Positions 10,365 through 24,431 are shown, numbered from the stretch's first letter. The stretch is DNA of 64,000 nt from an uncultured delta proteobacterium (GCA_963771465.1 CAVYTU010000013.1:416001-480000); one strand, 5' to 3'. Translations and numbers: made by a program. Notes: a model not told the origin generated them from the letters alone.

Positions 10365-11031
10365 TCAATCGGATTGGGCGGCGACATTACCGCGTTGGTA
10401 GATGAAAAAAGATACCCTAATGCGACAACACGGCGCCGCCGACCGCGACTTGGTCTTTGAGTAAAATTCCCAGTGGGATGAAGTACATGTTGGCGACGCT
10501 GTGCTCAAAGCCGGCGGCGACGAAGGCTGAGATCGGAAAGACGATGGCGCAGATTTTGTCGACGACGCTGCGGCTCGGCGAGCGCAAGCCAGACGGCCAA
10601 GCAGACCAAAATGTTGCACAGAATGCCTTTGAGAAATGCGTCCCAGAACGGCATCGCCCCTTTTGCGGTGGCGATTTTCACTACGTGAATTCCGACCGCA
10701 TTGCCATTCATCTGCCAGTGGTTCGAGAAATAAACCAGCAGCACCAATCCGAGAGCGCCGGCGAGATTGGCCAGATAGATGACCATCCAGTTCTGCAGCA
10801 GTTCCGCCGTTGTAATACGCCGGTTTGCTCAAGCGGCTGGAAGCGAAGCTTAATGCGGCATCGCTGGTGACCAGGGTAAAATAGAGCGCCCAAGCCGATG
10901 AAGCCGCCGGCGAGGAGCCCGAGCGCGAACTGTGAGACGAGCGGCAGGCGCGTTTTGGCGACGCCAACCGCTTCGACTTTATCGGCGATCTCTTTCGGTG
11001 CGTAGGCGTCGAAGCCAAAGATTTCCGCCAT
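10365..11031 (-). pseudogene. Formate/nitrite transporter (FNT) pseudogene
   Basis: DAYAPKEIA..VGVAK..LAGGFIGLG, YLANLAG, GILCNILVCLAVW pieces spread over three frames, with an apparent internal deletion. Confidence 0.85.
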
Positions 11032-11056
11032 CAAAGTCTCTCGATTGGCGCGGTGG

Positions 11057-11464
11057 TTACTTTTGCAGCGTCGCGACGTATTCGGCGATGATTTTGCCTT
11101 TGAGCAGGGTCGTCAGCTCGGGATACTTCTTGCCTTCGCTTTCGCTGCGAAAACTTTCACCCCACACCGGCATGTTGCGATCGCCGTGGCCCCGCACCGA
11201 GCGCCGGCCGTCGATGGTCGCCATGACATCGTCGAGCGGATAGACGCCTTTGTTTTTCTTCGCTAGCCCGGTCAGGTCGGGAACCCGCACTTTGAGATCG
11301 CGACTGACGCTGCCATCTCCTTTGCCGTCCTTGCCGTGGCAGGAGCTACAATATTGGAGATACATCTGATTGCCGCTGCTGCTGCTTTCGGCAGCGAGCG
11401 TTACAGTAAAATAACTGAAGCCCAGTGTCGATGCGATTACCCATACAAACAATTTTCTGACCAT
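11057..11464 (-). CDS. Periplasmic monoheme cytochrome c
   Basis: Signal peptide, CSSCH, distal MPVWG. Confidence 0.9.
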   Translation of the reverse strand: MVRKLFVWVIASTLGFSYFTVTLAAESSSSGNQMYLQYCSSCHGKDGKGDGSVSRDLKVRVPDLTGLAKKNKGVYPLDDVMATIDGRRSVRGHGDRNMPVWGESFRSESEGKKYPELTTLLKGKIIAEYVATLQK

Positions 11465-11514
11465 CGATGTTTTCCCTTCTTATGTAAACCGATGCGCAGC
11501 CCAAGCTTTATTTC

Positions 11515-11529
11515 GCAATTTAAGGGCCT
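11515..11529 (-). promoter_or_regulatory. sigma54 promoter for cytochrome c/FNT
   Basis: Minus strand AGGCCCTTAAATTGC (GG-N10-GC). Confidence 0.6.
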
Positions 11530-11708
11530 GCGACAAAGCATTGTTTCGCCTAAGGCACGACCCGAAGTGCCGACTTTTTCGCATTGCTGGGAAGTTTTCA
11601 AGTGCTACTTGGCGGATTTGCAAAGTTTCGTCAAGTTGCCCCTAACGCTGCTTTTGCGAACTACGGATTAACTGGGAGAAGTTAAAACCAAATGTCCAAT
11701 GGCTCAGT

Positions 11709-11723
11709 TGGCACTGAAGCTGC
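11709..11723 (+). promoter_or_regulatory. sigma54 promoter for hemerythrin gene
   Basis: TGGCACTGAAGCTGC (GG-N10-GC); UAS-like TCGCA-N4-TGGGA at 11579-11592. Confidence 0.65.
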
Positions 11724-11841
11724 GTCTTATGCGGATTGAAGTCTCACGGGGGATAAAAAGTCCATGACTGACGAGGACGAGTTTTGCGAGACCATGAAAC
11801 TGGTCGAGCGCGCCATTTTTACATTTTTGGAGGACGGTTGG

Positions 11842-12339
11842 ATGCCCGGAAAAATTTACCGCTATCTTGCCGACGATCACCGGCGCCTCGACGCCTTGCT
11901 CGAGCGCGCTATGTCCGACCCGGAGAATGTCGACGCCGCGGCTTATGCCCAATTCCGCTCGGGTTTGCTCAAGCACATTGGAATGGAGGAGAAGGTTCTT
12001 CTTCCTGCAGCGCAAAAGCTCCGCGGCGGCGAACCACTTCCCGTCGCGCCCAGAGTGCGCCTCGATCACGGCGCTTTGGTTTCGCTGCTGGTCCCATCGC
12101 CGACGGTGCCGGTAGTTGCGGCGATTCGCGCGATTCTCAAGGTGCATAACCCGATCGAAGAAGATCGCGGCGGGATGTACGATCAATGCGAGGAACTGGC
12201 TGGAGCTCAAGTGGATCAGATATTGCGTCGGCTCCGGAATTTTCCTGAGGTGAAAGTCTTGCCGCATGTCGACAGCGCGTTCGTTATGGAAGCCACGCGC
12301 CGAGCGTTGGCGCGAGCTGGCTACGATTTGGAAGTGTGA
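11842..12339 (+). CDS. Hemerythrin/HHE cation-binding domain protein
   Basis: DHRRLD, HIGMEEKVL, DHG, HNPIEE motifs; GGAGG RBS favours ATG 11842. Confidence 0.85.
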   Translation: MPGKIYRYLADDHRRLDALLERAMSDPENVDAAAYAQFRSGLLKHIGMEEKVLLPAAQKLRGGEPLPVAPRVRLDHGALVSLLVPSPTVPVVAAIRAILKVHNPIEEDRGGMYDQCEELAGAQVDQILRRLRNFPEVKVLPHVDSAFVMEATRRALARAGYDLEV

Positions 12340-12446
12340 TTTAATTCATGAAAATCAATTGGCCATGCCGCGCTCTTTTTTCTGGATGTTGCGTGTCTCG
12401 CTTGGGTCTTCCTCAACGCCGCTGAATTACTTTGTTAGATATTTAG

Positions 12447-12770
12447 CTATTTTCCCGCCTCAGAATCATAGGTGTAAAGCATGCGCGGCAGCTCGGCTTC
12501 CGCTTCAGTACGGCGCGGGTTCGGATGGCGCAACGCCTGCCAACAGAGCCAGAGCAGAGGTAGAGCTCCGCCTACTATGAATAGAGCGTCGCCCGGCAGG
12601 CGGGACCATTCGAGAACTTTGACCCACGGTAAACCGATAAAGGCCAAACTCCGCGCATACCAGTAGCCTATATCGACGGCATAATAGAGCTGGACAATGC
12701 CGAGCGGAAAAAGATTGGCAAAAGCCATCCACGCTAAACCCATATTCAGAGACCAGAAAGATATTTTTGC
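12447..12770 (-). pseudogene. C-terminal fragment of quinol-dependent nitric oxide reductase (qNOR)
   Basis: ISFWSLNMGL..LFPLGIVQ..GYWYARS..EWSRLPGDALFIVG matches the qNOR C-terminus; the rest of the gene is absent. Confidence 0.8.
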
Positions 12771-12886
12771 GGCGCGATACCTAAGGCATTGACAGTAACC
12801 GTTCGTGTGCAAGATTCACCGATTCTTACCACGATCGGGTTCCCTTTGTCTTCTTCCGGATTGGTTGTGAAAATTGAGAATGAGTT

Positions 12887-15460
<2,574 letters not shown>

Positions 15461-15463
15461 GGA

Positions 15464-15757
15464 TCAGTGGCGTGGCAGCTTGTTTGCGTGGCCACTTAGA
15501 AATTCGCCAACCAGCGTCGCGAGATCGGGCTGACTCATCTCTTCGATGTCATAGCGCACGCATTCAGCGCCGCTCAGTTCGGCGGGATAGCAGCGCCCGG
15601 CGATGGCGGGAATCTGCGCGGCGGTGAACGCCACGACTTCATAGGCCGGATCGTCGCGGAAGCAGACGTTGAAATTGTGAAAGTCTCGCCCCGACGCGCC
15701 CATGATGAGCACGCGCTCGCGGTTCTTTGCCGTGTCTTGTTGATCTTGCTTTACCAC
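15464..15757 (-). pseudogene. Internally deleted COG2403-like GTPase / cyclic 2,3-DPG synthetase-family remnant
   Basis: N-terminal IMGASGRDFHNFN..VVAFTAAQIP..YPAEL fused directly to a C-terminal-like VRYDIEE..PDL; only 97 aa. Confidence 0.7.
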
Positions 15758-15805
15758 GGTCGGAGGTTTTTCTTGCGCAGATGGTCCATCACGCTGCTTA
15801 ATTCA

Positions 15806-15820
15806 GCAAGATATGTGCCT
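15806..15820 (-). promoter_or_regulatory. sigma54 promoter for GTPase remnant/P-type ATPase
   Basis: Minus strand AGGCACATATCTTGC (GG-N10-GC); UAS-like TCGCA-N4-TGCTA at 15870. Confidence 0.7.
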
Positions 15821-16002
15821 GCTACGACGTGCCAATGCGGAGGAAATTGACTGGCTTGCGAGTGGTTTTTCGCAAATCTGCTATGGGCCGGTTTTCCCCT
15901 TCGCAACACTAGGAATGAACCGCACATGCGCGATTGAGATGATTAGGTCAGTCGGTTGCTCTGTCGGTTGATTTGCGCCGTGTCGATGACTATTCAATTT
16001 GT

Positions 16003-17691
16003 ATGGATCATCGAACCGTTGCTTATTTCTCCATGGAAATCGGCCTGGTGACCGACATGCCCACTTATAGCGGCGGGCTCGGTGTGCTGGCCGGTGATAC
16101 GATTCGCGCCGCCGCCGATCTCAAGCTGCCCGTGGTGGCGGTGACGCTGCTGCATCGCAAGGGCTATTTCTACCAACGGCTCGATGCTAGCGGGAGACAG
16201 ATCGAGGAGCCGGTGGATTGGGCGGTGAACGATTTTCTCACGGAGCTGCCACAGCGAGCGTCGGTAACGATCGAAGGGCGCACGGTATTTCTCCGCGCCT
16301 GGAAATACGAGGTTGCCGGCCCGGGAGATTTTTTAGTACCGGTTTATTTTCTCGACGCCGATCTGTCGGAAAACAGTGAGTGGGACCGCACCCTGACAGA
16401 CTATCTATACGGCGGCGATCAGCATTATCGGCTGTGCCAGGAAGTCGTTCTCGGCATCGGTGGGGTGAGGATGCTGCGGGCCATCGGTCTTAACGAGATC
16501 GGACGGTTCCACATGAATGAGGGACACTCAAGTCTACTCGCGCTTGAGCTCTTGGATGAGGAGGTGGCGCGCACCGGCAAGCCAGCCTTAACTCGTGATG
16601 ATATCGAGTCAGTGCGACAGAAATGTGTCTTCACAACGCACACGCCGGTGCCGGCCGGACAGGATCAGTTTCCTCTCGACCTGGTTCATCGTGTTCTTGG
16701 CAAAAAAGAAGTCGAAGAAATGACAGACGTGTTCTGCTTCGAGGGCGTGCTGAACATGACTTATCTCGCGCTCAATCTGAGTCATTACGTTAACGGTGTG
16801 GCCAAAAAACACGGCGAGGTGTCGAGGCTCATGTTTGCCGGTTACAACATCGATGCGATTACCAATGGTGTGCACGCCGCGACCTGGGCCACGGAATCTT
16901 TCTCGCAACTCTATGACCGGTATGTTCCCGGCTGGAGACAGGACAACTGGAGCTTGCGCTATGCGTTGAGCATTCCCAAGCAGGAAATTTGGCAGGCGCA
17001 TTTAGTGTCAAAAAAAGCGTTGCTCCACTATGTCAATCTGGAAACCGACGCGGGCATGGACGGAGAAGTCTTCACCATCGGTTTTGGCCGACGCGCCGCA
17101 TCTTACAAGCGTACCGACCTTTTGTTTTCGGATGTAGAAAGACTCAGAACGATCGCTAGCCGGGCGGGCGGTTTACAAATCGTCTACGCCGGCAAGGCGC
17201 ACCCGCAGGACCAAGCGGGCAAAGAGCAGATTCGTAAAGTCTTCAATGCCCGCGATGCTCTGCGCGATAAAATCAAAATTGCCTACTTGGATAACTACAG
17301 CATGGAGATTGGCAAGCTGATGACCTCCGGCGTCGATCTCTGGCTCAACACGCCGCTGCCGCCCATGGAAGCGTCGGGCACCAGCGGCATGAAGGCGGCG
17401 GTCAACGGCGTGCCGAGCTTGAGCGTGCTCGACGGTTGGTGGATCGAAGGATGTATCGAGGGCGTTACCGGCTGGTCGATCGGTCCGCCCGACGGTGCCC
17501 GAACGCCACCCGCCGACCATAGCAACGACGCAGCCTCGCTCTACGACAAGCTCGAACATATCGTCATGCCGCTCTACGCTTACAATCGCGATGATTTTAT
17601 CGAAGTGATGCGCCATGCAATCGCGCTCAATGGCTCGTTCTTCAACACCCATCGCATGCTGCAGCAGTATGTGTTGAAGGCATATTTCTGA
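16003..17691 (+). CDS. glgP: Alpha-glucan (glycogen) phosphorylase
   Basis: [35 protein letters not shown] site [14 protein letters not shown]. Confidence 0.95.
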   Translation: MDHRTVAYFSMEIGLVTDMPTYSGGLGVLAGDTIRAAADLKLPVVAVTLLHRKGYFYQRLDASGRQIEEPVDWAVNDFLTELPQRASVTIEGRTVFLRAWKYEVAGPGDFLVPVYFLDADLSENSEWDRTLTDYLYGGDQHYRLCQEVVLGIGGVRMLRAIGLNEIGRFHMNEGHSSLLALELLDEEVARTGKPALTRDDIESVRQKCVFTTHTPVPAGQDQFPLDLVHRVLGKKEVEEMTDVFCFEGVLNMTYLALNLSHYVNGVAKKHGEVSRLMFAGYNIDAITNGVHAATWATESFSQLYDRYVPGWRQDNWSLRYALSIPKQEIWQAHLVSKKALLHYVNLETDAGMDGEVFTIGFGRRAASYKRTDLLFSDVERLRTIASRAGGLQIVYAGKAHPQDQAGKEQIRKVFNARDALRDKIKIAYLDNYSMEIGKLMTSGVDLWLNTPLPPMEASGTSGMKAAVNGVPSLSVLDGWWIEGCIEGVTGWSIGPPDGARTPPADHSNDAASLYDKLEHIVMPLYAYNRDDFIEVMRHAIALNGSFFNTHRMLQQYVLKAYF

Positions 17692-17699
17692 TGATGCAG

Positions 17700-17726
17700 G
17701 TTCAAGTCGTTCAAAACGTTCAAATC
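17700..17726. repeat. Short 9-bp-period tandem repeat (GTTCAAnnn x3)
   Basis: gttcaagtc gttcaaaac gttcaaatc just after the glgP stop. Confidence 0.5.
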
Positions 17727-17974
17727 GTCAGATGCGTGGAGACAATATACTCGACGCTCCAGTTTCAGCTATTGAGACGGCCGCATTACGCCACGACCAC
17801 TACGTCGGACCACTAGACGTCAATCTTTAGCGCACCGCGCTTTTGTTCCGAGCTCTGCGGTTTCTTTCAGCGGCTAAAATTCTCTCCGTTATTGTGACGT
17901 CGATATCTTTAGTTTAGGCTTGAAGGGCAAATTCCTATCGGTGCCCGGGCTATAACCGGAACGGAGGGTGCGCG

Positions 17975-18637
17975 ATGAAAACTCGATGGGTTTGGATTAT
18001 TATAACAGTATTCGCGACGTTTTTTGCTACCGCAGCGGCGCAGGCCGCGCTGCAAGACGATGTCGACCGAGCCGTGTCGATCATCGAGCGCTTCGAGGAG
18101 ATACCCGAAACGGCGATTCCGCCGGCAGTCATGCGCGACGCCAAGGGATTGGCGATCATGACCATCACTAAAGGCGGCTTCGTACTCAGCGGCAGAGGCG
18201 GGACGGGCGTCGTCATCGCGCGCACTGAAAAGGGTTGGAGCGGTCCGTCGGCGATCGGTACCGGTGGTATCGGTGTCGGCTTTCAAGCGGGCGTGCAAGT
18301 CTCCGAGTACGTGATCATTCTTAACACCCAGGAGGCGGTCAACGCTTTCATCCAGGGCAGTAACTTCACGCTCGGGGCCAATCTCAGCGCCGCGGTCGGT
18401 CCGGTCGGCCGCTCCGCCGAGGCGAGCGTCACGCCGCAAGCGGCGGTATACACTTACAGCCGCAGCCAAGGCATCTTCGCCGGCGTGTCATTGGAGGGCA
18501 CGATGATCGCAACCCGTTATACGGCGAACGAGGAATATTACGAAAAGCCCGTCTACCCGAGCGATATCCTCGCCGGCACTGTCAGGCCGCCGGCAGGTGC
18601 GCAGAAGTTGCTCGACGTTTTGGCGAAATACAACTGA
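17975..18637 (+). CDS. Ysc84/SYLF lipid-binding domain protein, secreted
   Basis: Signal peptide; KGGF..GRGGTG, WSGPSA, GFQAG, AAVGPVGR, YSRSQGIFAGVSLEG. Confidence 0.92.
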   Translation: MKTRWVWIIITVFATFFATAAAQAALQDDVDRAVSIIERFEEIPETAIPPAVMRDAKGLAIMTITKGGFVLSGRGGTGVVIARTEKGWSGPSAIGTGGIGVGFQAGVQVSEYVIILNTQEAVNAFIQGSNFTLGANLSAAVGPVGRSAEASVTPQAAVYTYSRSQGIFAGVSLEGTMIATRYTANEEYYEKPVYPSDILAGTVRPPAGAQKLLDVLAKYN

Positions 18638-18926
18638 GCGAGCTCTGCGCTCAAGACTGTGTTCGAAATATGGCGCCGATGAATGCGGATTCCGCAGCTG
18701 CAGAATCGCATGCGCCGATTGAGGCGCAATCTTTCGGTGGTGAAGATGATGGGCCTGTGCCTCTGAGAAGGCAACCTACGCCCAGCGGATAATTTTAGTT
18801 GGCCGCTGGAACCGCTTGCCAGCCAGGTAGATAGCTTCGACCATGCGACAGAAGAGTCGCCAGGCATAATGGTCATGGAACTAGGCATCGGCGGCCCAAT
18901 ATCAATTCAAAGTCGAGGACAACCCT

Positions 18927-19334
18927 ATGGCCAGTCTGCACAAAGAAATTACCATCGAGAGAAGCAAGCAATCGGTTTGGGATGCGATCCGCGATGTCGG
19001 CGCGATTCAGAAACGTTTGGTGCCGGGGTTCGTAGTCAACTGTCGGCTCGAAGGCGACTGGCGCACTGTTACCTTTGCCAACGGCATGGTGGTGCGCGAA
19101 CTCATCGTCGCCGTCGACGATCAGACGTGCCGGCACGCTTGGTCGGCTCGCGGCGAGCCGCTGACGCACCATAACGCGTCGATCCAGGTTTTCTCAGACG
19201 GCCACGACAAGTGCCGGGTGGTTTGGATAGCGGACTTGATGCCCAATGAAGCTGCCGAAGTTGTCGGTGAAATGATCGACCTTGGTTTAGCCACAATGAA
19301 AGAAACGCTGGAGAGTAACCCGGCCGGTGCGTAG
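18927..19334 (+). CDS. SRPBCC (polyketide cyclase-like) family protein
   Basis: VWDAIRDVGA..RLVPGFV..RTVTFANG..HHNAS. Confidence 0.85.
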   Translation: MASLHKEITIERSKQSVWDAIRDVGAIQKRLVPGFVVNCRLEGDWRTVTFANGMVVRELIVAVDDQTCRHAWSARGEPLTHHNASIQVFSDGHDKCRVVWIADLMPNEAAEVVGEMIDLGLATMKETLESNPAGA

Positions 19335-19464
19335 CATCACACCGTGTCAAGGTGCTGGAGCGCCGTCGCGAGTAATCGAAATTTAGTACGTAGCCATGCT
19401 CGAGGTCGACTCAGTGCGCGCGAGCATCGATTACTTTCAATAATTTTTTGGAGGTGAAAAAATC

Positions 19465-19839
19465 ATGAGCAAAGTTAATGTTCGATACATCGTTAGCGAT
19501 GTCGATGCCGCGATTCCCTTCTACACCGACATGCTCGGCTTCAAGCTGGAAATGCATCCGGCGCCGGGCTTTGCGAGCTTATCGCGGGGGGATTTACAGT
19601 TGCTGCTCAACCGGCCGGGTGCCGGCGGCGCGGGACAAGCGATGCCAGCCGGTCAGCATCCTGCTCCAGGTGGCTGGAACCGAATCCAGATCGAAAGCGA
19701 GAATCTGGAAGCGACTGTCGCGAGCCTTAAGAGTGCAGGAGTGCGGTTCCGCAATGAAATCGTGACGGGCAACGGCGGCAAGCAAATTCTAATCGAAGAT
19801 CCGTCCGGCAATCCGATTGAGTTGTTTCAACCCTTCTGA
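19465..19839 (+). CDS. VOC/glyoxalase family protein
   Basis: VRYIVSDVDAAIPFY..EDPSGNPIELF. Confidence 0.92.
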   Translation: MSKVNVRYIVSDVDAAIPFYTDMLGFKLEMHPAPGFASLSRGDLQLLLNRPGAGGAGQAMPAGQHPAPGGWNRIQIESENLEATVASLKSAGVRFRNEIVTGNGGKQILIEDPSGNPIELFQPF

Positions 19840-19973
19840 GCAGGACGAAGAAGTGGACCGAAACGCGAGGCAGTGGCTCTACTCCTACAATTGCGTCTGG
19901 TCGTGACAACGCAATCTACCGAGCGCTAGTGCGGACACAGCGGTCGCCAGTGACCGAAATATATTCTTTGGAA

Positions 19974-20417
19974 ATGCTTGAGGTCACAAAGCTACTAGCG
20001 ACCTTTTGTTGCGGTGTGTTCTTCGGCGCGGCGCTCTACATCTCGCTCGTGCAGCACCCGGCGGCGCTGGAGATCGGTGACGAGTTCGCGGCGCGTTTCT
20101 TTCGCCCGATGTATCGGCGCGCTGCTAGGCTGCAGGCGAGCCTTGCTCTAGTTGGGTGCGCAAGTGCGAGTGTGGCCTGGCTCAGCGGGGCCGGCGCGCT
20201 ATGGTTGGCCGCTGCCGTTCTCATCGGCAGCGTGGTTCCGTTCACGCTCATTGTGATTAAACCCGTCAACGATGCTTTGCTTCAGAATCGTGACGCTGCG
20301 TCGGAAGTCGCTGTCCTGTTCACACGCTGGGGTTATCTTCACTGGGCTCGCACCGTCGCCAGTGGACTGGCGTTCCTATTGTGCCTCATCGGTTATGACG
20401 TGCGAGCACAATTCTAA
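19974..20417 (+). CDS. DUF1772 / anthrone oxygenase-like membrane protein
   Basis: FFGAALYISLVQHPA, PFTLIVIKPVN, WGYLHWART. Confidence 0.8.
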   Translation: MLEVTKLLATFCCGVFFGAALYISLVQHPAALEIGDEFAARFFRPMYRRAARLQASLALVGCASASVAWLSGAGALWLAAAVLIGSVVPFTLIVIKPVNDALLQNRDAASEVAVLFTRWGYLHWARTVASGLAFLLCLIGYDVRAQF

Positions 20418-20505
20418 CGGCCGTCGCGGGTGTTAGACTAAACTCAGCCAACTTTTAATCCGCAGTGTAGTCCGGGAAGACCAGACGTCACCGAGATGAA
20501 TTTGC

Positions 20506-20649
20506 TCATGCGTTTTTCTGCTTCTTGATGACGATGCCACGCGGTTCTCTTAGCTTCTGGTTACACTTTGTACACCGGTAGCGGTAGGGTGGTTCGTTGA
20601 TTTCTTCCAATAGGTGATAGCAAATCTTTTTCCTCGTCTTGCGATTCAT
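20506..20649 (-). CDS. Small basic Cys-containing hypothetical protein
   Basis: CYH..YRCTKC zinc-ribbon-like pattern; short and uncertain. Confidence 0.35.
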   Translation of the reverse strand: MNRKTRKKICYHLLEEINEPPYRYRCTKCNQKLREPRGIVIKKQKNA

Positions 20650-20847
20650 CACTACTTCCAACGCCGACATCGGATGACGATTTCCCATCCGATGTCGCAA
20701 CCTAAAAATATTTCAGTTGGCCCGATGTATTGATAGACGAAACTGCGATGCGTTCGTTACAGATCGAGTATCAAGAGAAAGTTCTACGAGGCAGAAATGG
20801 AGATTGGCGAGATTTGAACCGGCGCTCTCGAAGGTAATGCCAGGCAA

Positions 20848-21048
20848 CTATGAGTTGATCGGAGTGGAGTGATTCTGTGGTGCTCTCTTTATTCTCCAGA
20901 ACCGATATTTGCATTCCGTACAACGGAAAGGCTGAAGGTACGCAAGACGCAAGAGCGCCGGAATCAGTGGAAAGCGACGAGATGCCCTCACTGCGGCGCT
21001 GTCGCAGCGTGGACAAATTGGGGGATTTTGATAGGTTTCTGATGGCAT
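20848..21048 (-). CDS. Small zinc-ribbon protein (CPRC..PFRCxxCxxRFW), paralog 1
   Basis: Aligns by eye with 24825-25022; start uncertain. Confidence 0.6.
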   Translation of the reverse strand: MPSETYQNPPICPRCDSAAVRASRRFPLIPALLRLAYLQPFRCTECKYRFWRIKRAPQNHSTPINS

Positions 21049-21558
21049 CTTTACCGGAAACGCCATAACCAATAATATCTGAAGTCCCTTGCAATAATGG
21101 CTTTGGATAAAGTTAGAGCAAGCAGTAGGCCACTTCCACCAATCCCTTTCCATCGCAGCGACTGATAAGGGAAATTACTCAGAGTAAGAGGGTCTGTGGG
21201 GTAAAATGTGTCTCAATTTTGGATGATGTTTTTCCGCCGTATTCCCAAATGTCCGACCACTGTAACCCAATAATATTTTTTTATAGTTGATCCTTTCTTG
21301 CTAACGACCGACGCCGCGGTTCGTCAAACCGAACAAAGCAGAGTGGACTGCCAAAATGTATCCTCTACGAGGCGGGCGAGGGAAGTAAGCCGCGCGCAGG
21401 AGTGCAGAATGGGTTTGGGGCTTGATCGTCAGCGGGGCGATACTGGTGTCCCTTTTTTTCGTATTTAACTCACTATCGTTTTGCATCGTTAGCGAGTGAA
21501 ATTCAGCTAAAATTTAATATGGGGCTTGAACATTGGAAATCTCAACTTAATTTCCGCC

Positions 21559-21812
21559 GTGAAAATCCTGATTGAAATGTCTACCGAGCAATTCGACGAC
21601 TTCTTGAACAAGTGTCGGGATACATGGTTGCTCGAAGCCTCGATTTTAAAAAGAGGCGTACCGATCCTTCGGAAGATCGAAGGTGTCCACAACAGCGGAT
21701 CGCAATACTCTGTGAAGGACACCAGGCGCATAACCTCTTCGTCATAGCGCGATCGTTGAGCCTACCGGTAGCTGACGATATTAGGAAGGTGCTCAGCTCC
21801 TGCGACAGGTAG
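21559..21812 (+). pseudogene. Leaderless ~85-aa family member A1 (one frameshift)
   Basis: VKILIEMSTEQFDDFL..SILKRG then, in another frame, IAILCE..AHNLFVIARSLSLPVADDIRKVL; TTGAAC-16-TAATTT-5-GTG. Confidence 0.6.
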
Positions 21813-22288
21813 GGCGGTCATTTTTTCTCTTGTTTTTTCTGGAAGCACCGGACTTCGACCTGCAAAGTCAGGTGTTGATTCAATCTGAAGTAAGAATAAT
21901 GAGCGTCAGCACGCTAGAAAATTATCCGTTTGAGTGCCTCGCGTTTCACCTGCTGCTGCCGTAGGGACTATTCTCTACATATCAACTCATCTGGCCTGGG
22001 AAACCCGCAATAAAAAAATCGTATCCCAGCCGGATACAACTGATGACCGGGTGCGGGTCATGGTTAACATCTTTTCCGCGGTCGTCCTCGGATACTTAGA
22101 AATCGACGATTGGACGCTGGCTGTTATTGTCAGCGATGGCGAGTCATGCCGTCATCCTTGTCTAATAGCGACCAACAATAGAAGCCTACCACCTGCGGCG
22201 GTAAAACTTCGGGTAACTCCCACGCAGTTGCCCCCCTTCATGGCGGATTTTATATAGCGGCTCGTCGCTTGCTCTACCTGATAGCTAA

Positions 22289-23479
22289 ATGAAAAATCCA
22301 CTAGAGTTAAGCGATGTCCAGGGCAGTAGCGGTCATAGCACCGGAACACTAAAACCTCTGATCTCCTTCGCGACCTTCGTTCTGATCATTGCATCCCTCT
22401 ATTGGGGGCAAGCTGTTCTGATTCCGGTCGCTCTGGCGATTTTGCTGACATTCTTGTTAAGTCCGGTTGCTGATACTCTGGAACGGATAGCCCTTAAACG
22501 ACTTCCTTCGGTCATCGTTGTCGTGATTCTTACATTTGCCATCCTGGGAGGAATCGGCTGGATCGTCACACTTCAATTTGTCAGCCTGGCTAACGAGCTG
22601 CCCAAATACAAAGGTAACATTAAGCAAAAAATAGCCGACGTGCGCGGTGCCGGTAAGGGGGGTGCCCTAGAAAAAGTCCAAAATACCGTTGAGGAAGTGA
22701 AGACCGAAATTCAGAAAAGTGACGAGCCCACAAAGGCCAAAGATCAGCGACGTCCAGTCATCGTGCAGCCTGTGGAATCTACTGCGTTTTGGCTCGATGA
22801 ATCGGCCGTCGGGCCGATGGTGGAGCCGCTCGCCCGCGCCGGCCTCGTGATTTTGTTGGTGATCCTAATGCTCATTCAGCGCGAAGACCTGCGCAACCGT
22901 TTGATCCGTCTCGTCGGCTATGGGAGTTTTACAGTTACGAATCAGGCGCTCGAAGAAGCGGGTCAGCGCATAAGCCGCTACTTGCTCATGCAGACCATCA
23001 TTAATTCCTCGTTCGGGTTAGCGGTGGGTTTCGCGCTTTATCTCATCGGTCTACCTTATGCCATTCTCTGGGGTTTTCTTGCTATGGTATTGCGTTTCGT
23101 TCCCTATATCGGACCTTTTGCTGCGGCGATCATGCCCAGTGCCCTCAGCCTGGCGGTTTTTGATGGTTGGTACTGGCCGATGGTCGTTGGTGGACTCTTT
23201 TTGGCGTTGGAACTTCTTATTAATATGGTTTTGGAGCCGCTGCTCTATAGCGAGAGTGCGGGCGTCTCGGGAGTCGGACTCGTAATTGCCGTTGCGTTCT
23301 GGACATGGCTTTGGGGGCCGGTTGGACTCGTCCTCGCCACCCCACTGACGGTCTGTGTTGTCGTGCTAGGCAAGTACGTACCCGGGATGGATTTCATAGG
23401 AGTGCTGATAGGCGATCGGTCGGCGAGGGATTCAACTGTAGTTGTTTTGGAAGAAATAGATCGGCCCCTGTTAGTTTAG
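22289..23479 (+). CDS. AI-2E family transporter (C-terminus possibly truncated)
   Basis: LIPVALAILLTFLLSP, EDLRNRLIRL, RFVPYIG, WLWGPVGLVLATPLTVC. Confidence 0.9.
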   Translation: MKNPLELSDVQGSSGHSTGTLKPLISFATFVLIIASLYWGQAVLIPVALAILLTFLLSPVADTLERIALKRLPSVIVVVILTFAILGGIGWIVTLQFVSLANELPKYKGNIKQKIADVRGAGKGGALEKVQNTVEEVKTEIQKSDEPTKAKDQRRPVIVQPVESTAFWLDESAVGPMVEPLARAGLVILLVILMLIQREDLRNRLIRLVGYGSFTVTNQALEEAGQRISRYLLMQTIINSSFGLAVGFALYLIGLPYAILWGFLAMVLRFVPYIGPFAAAIMPSALSLAVFDGWYWPMVVGGLFLALELLINMVLEPLLYSESAGVSGVGLVIAVAFWTWLWGPVGLVLATPLTVCVVVLGKYVPGMDFIGVLIGDRSARDSTVVVLEEIDRPLLV

Positions 23480-23889
23480 GCGTGATTCCGCCGGCCCAGG
23501 CTGGAAAACAAATGAACACAAGTTGGAGGTGATCCTGGGCGTCTTGCGGGTCGAAGCGAAGACAGTTTTGGCGGCATACAAGTGGCCCCAGGCTAGTCGC
23601 TCATCGGCTTAGGCAAGAACGAACCTACCTCCGCTCCTCACCTGCTATGGTAGAAGAGCGCAAGCGCGAAACGAAATCGTTATCAATCAAGTGCTGTACG
23701 GCTGAATTCAAAACTCATATTTCCGCCGAACCTGCCGTGGCACTTTATCATCCTGGAGGTTACGACGCGTGATTGTGTTGATGGGATTTGGAAATTTGAT
23801 TTCGCCGACTGGGTTCAGCCATCAATTCCTCAATTATCGGTTGATAAACTGATTAAAGCTAGGAATGCGGAAGCTGATTGTCAAGCCGG

Positions 23890-23918
23890 TTGACAGTCGG
23901 GAAATCCGTACTTAGTTT
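23890..23918 (+). promoter_or_regulatory. sigma70-type promoter for hsp20
   Basis: TTGACA-17-TAGTTT. Confidence 0.55.
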
Positions 23919-23960
23919 TCCCTCATCTTAATAAACACCCTTAAAAAAGGAGGGGCAATT

Positions 23961-24407
23961 ATGGAACTAGTAAGATGGGAACCGTTTGACGGCATGAGCC
24001 GGCTGCACAGCAGAATTAACGATCTATTCGATGAGAGCGTCGGGCGGGCACGCACGCTGCCGTCAGCGACCGCGGGTGCATGGCTACCGCCGGTGGACAT
24101 TCTCGAAAGCAAAGAGGCGTATCTGATTCGCGCTGAGTTACCGGGGATGAAAAAGGAAGATTTCAACTTGGAAGTCAACGACGGTACTTTGACGCTGAGC
24201 GGCGAGCGCAAATCCGAAGGCTTGAACAACGATGTCGAGTATCACCGAACCGAGCGGGTGCATGGCAGGTTTTCGCGATCCTTCTATCTGCCGCAGACCG
24301 TCAAGCAGGACGGTATCAAGGCCACCTATCGCGAGGGGATTTTGGAGATCCACGTGCCCAAAGTCGAGGAAGCGAAGCCTCGCCAAATCTCCATCAGCGT
24401 GAACTAA
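23961..24407 (+). CDS. Hsp20/alpha-crystallin small heat-shock protein
   Basis: PPVDILE, AELPGM, LSGERK, ERVHGRFSRSFYLP, ATYREGILEI. Confidence 0.96.
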   Translation: MELVRWEPFDGMSRLHSRINDLFDESVGRARTLPSATAGAWLPPVDILESKEAYLIRAELPGMKKEDFNLEVNDGTLTLSGERKSEGLNNDVEYHRTERVHGRFSRSFYLPQTVKQDGIKATYREGILEIHVPKVEEAKPRQISISVN

Positions 24408-24431
24408 TCCGTCTGCACTAGAATTGGCGTC

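Noticed and set aside
20412-20438. Integron attC-like TTCTAAC...GTTAGAC overlapping the DUF1772 stop
   Set aside because: Only 13 bp between the cores (attC sites are much longer), no L boxes, no similar sites after neighbouring genes, no integrase
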